A stretch of 64,000 bases of DNA. Origin: Paragordius varius. Taxonomy: Eukaryota > Animalia > Nematomorpha. Location: contig OZ176056.1 of NCBI GenBank assembly GCA_964247055.1, positions 8,432,001 to 8,496,000 on the forward strand, read 5' to 3'. The first letter of the stretch is position 1, and every line of letters starts with the position of its first letter. Shown piece after piece: positions 59,739 to 64,000 of the stretch. Under the pieces are notes generated by a model that saw only the letters and a program-made list of their open reading frames with translations, ran no database searches and had not been told where the DNA came from. The position numbers were made by a program, and so were the translations under genes.

Positions 59739-62700
59739 AAAGCCAAAATATGATTTAATCAAACTTGATTATCTGGTATATACCTTTATTTTGCTATGTG
59801 TGAAATTCTTATTATTAGTAGTTAAGTTTAGTTTAGTTTTTATAACGAGTCATTATTCAATTTTCTTAAACATAAGCGTTAATCTTTATGATCCATTCAA
59901 TGTTTGTAACTACACTGCTAAAATTAACTTTATTTTTTATTGAAAACAATTACAAAAACAAAAAATGATTAATAAAATTGAAAATTTAAATTTACATATA
60001 CTTAACTATGTATGAGTTTAAGTTATTTCTATTTTATATCGCTCGATAAATAAACTTGTATTACAGACAGTCATCACTTATTTTGTCAAGTATTTAATAT
60101 TTATACATTTATTTTTATGTTCAACATGTTTTTAGCTTAAATTTTTTTGTTTATATATGTACAGACCCTTTAATACTAATTCCAAGACTAATTTGTTAAT
60201 GAATCACATTATGATGAATACATCGAAACAATCACCACCATCCCATGGTAGTAAATTTTATATATTTAGTTTAAAATCTTTTTGAATGTTCATTTCTTAT
60301 TCATATTCACTTTTGAACAATTAAATTTATCCTAAATTATATTATGCGTTTTTTAAAATTAAATATTAGTTATATTTTTTTATAGATATATTTTTAGAAA
60401 ATAAAATTTTGTGTAAAATTAAGATAATACTGAAAAAGTAATAAACTAAGCCATAAAGATATATTTTATATTAATTATAATGAATTATATTAGACCGAAA
60501 ACACATAAATTTTTTTAGGGTGAATTTGAATTGTTCAAGGATTGTGAATTGTTTAAGGGTGAATTTAAAGTGTAAATGGTATAATTTTTTGAAATAAATT
60601 GTACCTAAAAAATAAGCAATTAAATTTATTCTTATAATTATTGAGACTTTTAACGATATTTATTTAAGGGATATAAGTGCTTATCGTTAATAGTTGAGGA
60701 TATTTTATTACTACAATTTCCTAGTTTTTAGGTATTTTGAAAGCATTATTAAAATTTTAACATTTTTCATTAATTTCTTTTTAAAAAGATCATTATACGG
60801 ATATTGAGCCATATTTTTTCCAAGGGGTATATTTTTGGTTAAATGTGCTATCTTTGTCCCTTTCTCATACTATAGTGTGATATACCATTTACAATTCAAA
60901 TTTACCCTTGAACAATTCAAACTCACCCTCGAACAATTCAAAATATGCCCTAAAATAAATAATGTGTTTTGCAGGATTGAAAATTAACTTTATTTTTTCA
61001 ATATTTTTTAAATATAAAACTCTTGTTTAAAATTAATATAATGCTGAAAAAATAATAAACTCTGTAGTAATATTTTATTTCACATCGATGTTTATTATAT
61101 TAGTCCGAAAACACTTAATTTATAATTAGGGTGAATTTGAATTGTTCAAAGGTGAATTTGAATTGTTCAAGGGTGAATTTGAAATGTTCAAGGGTGAATT
61201 TGAATTGTTCGAGGGTGAATTCGAATTGTTTAAAGGTGAATTTGAATTGTTCAAGGGTGAATTTGAATTGTTCAAGGGTGAATTTGAAATGTTCAAGGGG
61301 GTGAATTTGAATTGTTCAAGGGGGTAAATTTGAATTGTAAATGGTATATATGGCCACCATTAAAATGCATACTATAATATTATACAGTATGAGTAAAAGT
61401 ATACAATGTTTGAAAGTTATTAATTATTGCCAAATAGCATATACAATAAAGGGCAATATTATTGGCTTATAGTTAGTTATTTTATCCAATTTTTACACTA
61501 TTTTATGCTATTTGGCAATTTATTAATAACTTTTTAGCAATATATATATATATATATATATATATACTTACTCATATTTATAAATTATTATTTAGTTACC
61601 ATGGCAACAACGTTAAATTCTTTGTCACATAAGGGCTCTTCCCACGTACCATTCAGTAGTACAAATATAAACAGCAGTTATTATCTAACCATCAACAATA
61701 ACAATAATTCATCCATGTTTTTAAACAATTTTTTACCATCCGGTAATTATGGTAGTATTATGAAATATGATTTATTTTATATTCAAACTTATATTTTACA
61801 TCTTTCTTAAATTAATTAGATGTTTAACATGATATATATACCATTTACATTTCAAATTCGCCCTTAAACAATTCAAATTTGCCCTTAAACAATTCAAATT
61901 CGCCTTTAAACAATCCAATTTACACTTAATTAATTATATTTTTTTTAAAGATTAAATTTACCTATATTTTTATATATTTTTTGAAAAATAAAATTATTAT
62001 GTTTTAAATTTAAATAACATTGAAAAAAATAATAAAGTATGCCATAAAGAAGATGTATATCAGATTACATATGAGTTATATTAGTTTGAAAACACACATA
62101 ATTTTTTGTTTAGGTTGAATTTGAATTGTTTAAGGGTGAATTTGAATTGTTCAAGAGGGTGAATTTGAATTGTTCAAGAGGGTAAATTTGAATTGTTCGA
62201 GGGGGGTGAATTTGAATTGTTCGAGGGTGAATTTGAATTGTTCGAGGGGGGTGAATTTGAATTGTTCAAGGGGGTGAATTTGAATTGTTTAAGGGTGAAT
62301 TTGAATTGTTAGGGTGAATTTGAATTGTTCAAGGGTGAATTTGAATTGTTCAAGGGTGAATTTGAATTGTTCAAGGGGGTGAATTTGAATTATTTAAGGG
62401 TGAATTTGAATTGTTCGAGGGGGGTGAATTTGAATTGTTCAAGGGGGTGAAATTGAATTGTTCAAGGGGGTGAATTTGAACTGAAATATGGTTTATCTAA
62501 TGTATTAATTATAAAAATATAGCCATATCAACCTCAAACACATCTAATAAACAGTTGGGACACTCTAATATGGTAGCCCAAAATTTTTTCCCTCCACCCC
62601 CCATATCTGGTTAGTTAGCATATATGCATTTTATAATATCTTGTGTTTTACCGGTTTTTTTAAAGAAAATAATTTGGTTTAAATAAAAAAGTTTAACTAT

Positions 62701-62833
62701 ATCATTCATTTAGTTTAATGACATAAATGTAAGAAAATATATACAAAAAAAATTTGTTTGACATACATCCTTTCGTTACGTTTTAATATAATAACATATG
62801 ATGTTAATATTGGTGAGAATAAGCATTTTTTCA

Positions 62834-62875
<42 letters not shown>

Positions 62876-63578
62876 AAATTTAAATTTGTACAAAAACCTA
62901 AAGATTAATTGGCAGATTTTACATTACAAAGACAATCATACTTTTACTAAACTTATTTTTTCATGAGACTTGTTTGGTTTGGTTGGTAAAATAATGAATA
63001 GAAATGTAAATTGCTAGTTAATCCACTTAAATATGCAACAATTTTAATTTTAATATCCAAAAACCTACAAGGAGCTTATATTGTGTCCATGAATAATTAT
63101 ATTCAATTCTTCTTTTAATTTTTACGTTTTTGTTTCTCAGGTTTTTATCCTTTCCCTTAAAATTTAAAGGGTTTTTATAACCATAATTATTTTCTTTAGT
63201 ATTTTAAGCCTTTTTCCCCCCAATAATTTAAAGTTTTAGTTAGTATATAATGCTTTTTCAAGCAATTTTTTTTATTCCAAATATCAAAGTTTGTTGTCTT
63301 TATTTTAAGCTTTTTCTTGTGGTGCTTTTTAACAAGCATATATTATACTAATTAATCTATTTCTATATAAGTTTTTTATATTTAATTTCCTTAATAAAAA
63401 ATGTTTTAAATGGTGATTTTTATTTGCTTATGCACAAAAAAGGTCTATCACAAATGGGGCCACCCATACCCCCACCATTTCCACCCCTGGCAACTTTCCC
63501 TTTTTTGGGTTCGGCGACTTCCGTTAATAATTCTGAGATTGGTTCTTCACAACCACCCTTGTATAACACATTTTCTGG
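57781..63578 (+). CDS. Unidentified gene, Ser/Asn/Pro-rich low-complexity N-terminal region (3'-partial)
   Basis: Phase-compatible exons 57781-57827, 57855-57930, 57965-58072, 58136-58238, 59559-59685, 60165-60247 (or 60250), 61596-61742, 63443-63578. They give MAHRNTLESMGLTTNQFQMVGKHSGG...GLSQMGPPIPPPFPPLATFPFLGS...YNTFSG. An upstream acceptor (ttctgcag, 57758) implies a further 5'-UTR exon. No recognisable domain lies in the window. Confidence 0.65.
58940..59487. mobile_element. Two tandem family A MITEs (about 58940-59204 and 59230-59487), both tip-truncated
   Basis: Two core-plus-arm sets; the second lies between copies of a 27-bp direct repeat. Confidence 0.85.
59687..59735. repeat. (TA)n microsatellite; similar runs at about 1290-1318, 30694-30728, 34973-35009, 43808-43832, 51418-51441, 52561-52584, 61542-61566, 62837-62871
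   Basis: Direct reading of uninterrupted TA runs. Confidence 0.95.
60300..60583. mobile_element. Family A MITE (degenerate left arm)
   Basis: Core taataaactaagccataaagatata...ccgaaaacacat and right end gtgtaaatggtata. Confidence 0.8.
60881..61348. mobile_element. Family A MITE with ~9-unit right arm
   Basis: tataccatttacaattcaaa ... gaattgtaaatggtata; source of the FKGEFEL pseudo-ORF at 61142-61327. Confidence 0.95.
61837..62495. mobile_element. Family A MITE with ~16-17-unit right arm
   Basis: tataccatttacatttcaaattcgccc; array of gggtgaatttgaattgttc at 62112-62480. Confidence 0.95.
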
Positions 63579-64000
63579 GTATGTATGATTTTTTTACATT
63601 ACAATACAAAAAAATTAGTATTTAAAGTTTTTAAATCTCTAAAAAAACTAGGTTTTTGTCAGAATAAAGCATATTTATAATAATTAGAGTTTTAGATCAT
63701 CTTAAGGTTACGTAACGTACATATCAAACAAATTTTTGGGATTTTTTATGGCCCCAATTTTTTTCTAGAATTTTTATATAAAAGTTTTATATTTGTTTTT
63801 ATTTTCATTGGTGAATATTTAAATTGGAATTTCAAATCATAGTTAACTTGACTAAAAAATTTTTTTTCCCTCTCACTGCAAATTTATGGAATTTTTCACT
63901 TTAAACATATATATTAAACAAATCTATACTTTTTAATTTAATTTTATATTATTATTAATTATTTTTTTTCATATTTTTAATTATTAATTTTTAATATATT

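Noticed and set aside
61142-61327. ORFs of repeated FKGEFEL or NLNCSRV (also 38209-38445, 40365-40613, 45974-46168, 48217-48498)
   Set aside because: These are translations of the stop-free 21-bp MITE arm arrays inside introns, with no independent evidence of coding.
60165-61620. PSHVT resemblance of the right-hand gene to the CNOT2/Regena N-terminus
   Set aside because: It is a five-residue match in low-complexity sequence that depends on a splice choice, too weak to name the gene.
1-64000. tRNA, rRNA, snRNA or autonomous transposase genes
   Set aside because: No recognisable conserved motifs or long transposase ORFs were seen by eye; a covariance-model scan would be needed to exclude small RNAs.

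Overview
Very AT-rich (about 20% GC by eye), intron-rich animal genomic DNA, probably an invertebrate; the taxon cannot be fixed from sequence alone. Splicing exons by hand gives five genes. (1) UDP-glucose 6-dehydrogenase, + strand, 5' end outside the window, 12 exons to a stop at 9454. (2) A 4-exon orphan class A GPCR, +, 14449-19252, 751 aa. (3) Mitochondrial glycine decarboxylase P-protein GLDC, +, 22341-40543, 23-24 exons, about 1010-1020 aa. (4) A G-protein alpha(i) subunit, - strand, 53194-42297, 9 exons, 404 aa. (5) The low-complexity N-terminal part of an unidentified gene, +, from 57781 off the right edge, head-to-head with G-alpha-i. Introns are filled with non-autonomous DNA transposons: a foldback-type MITE with 21-bp subrepeat arms (family A, at least 18 copies), a TA-flanked CAGT...ACTG MITE (family B, at least 13 copies), small hairpin MITEs, a TTAA-flanked family and a hAT element. 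There are also two intronic satellites. Most notable: large loop insertions in UGDH, GLDC and G-alpha-i; 27-34 nt introns; a MITE-associated duplication of the GLDC terminal splice acceptor, one of three similar flank duplications; and an intronic satellite whose unit contains the real splice acceptor. No prokaryotic features, rRNA or tRNA were recognised. Comparisons with human proteins are from memory and need an alignment.
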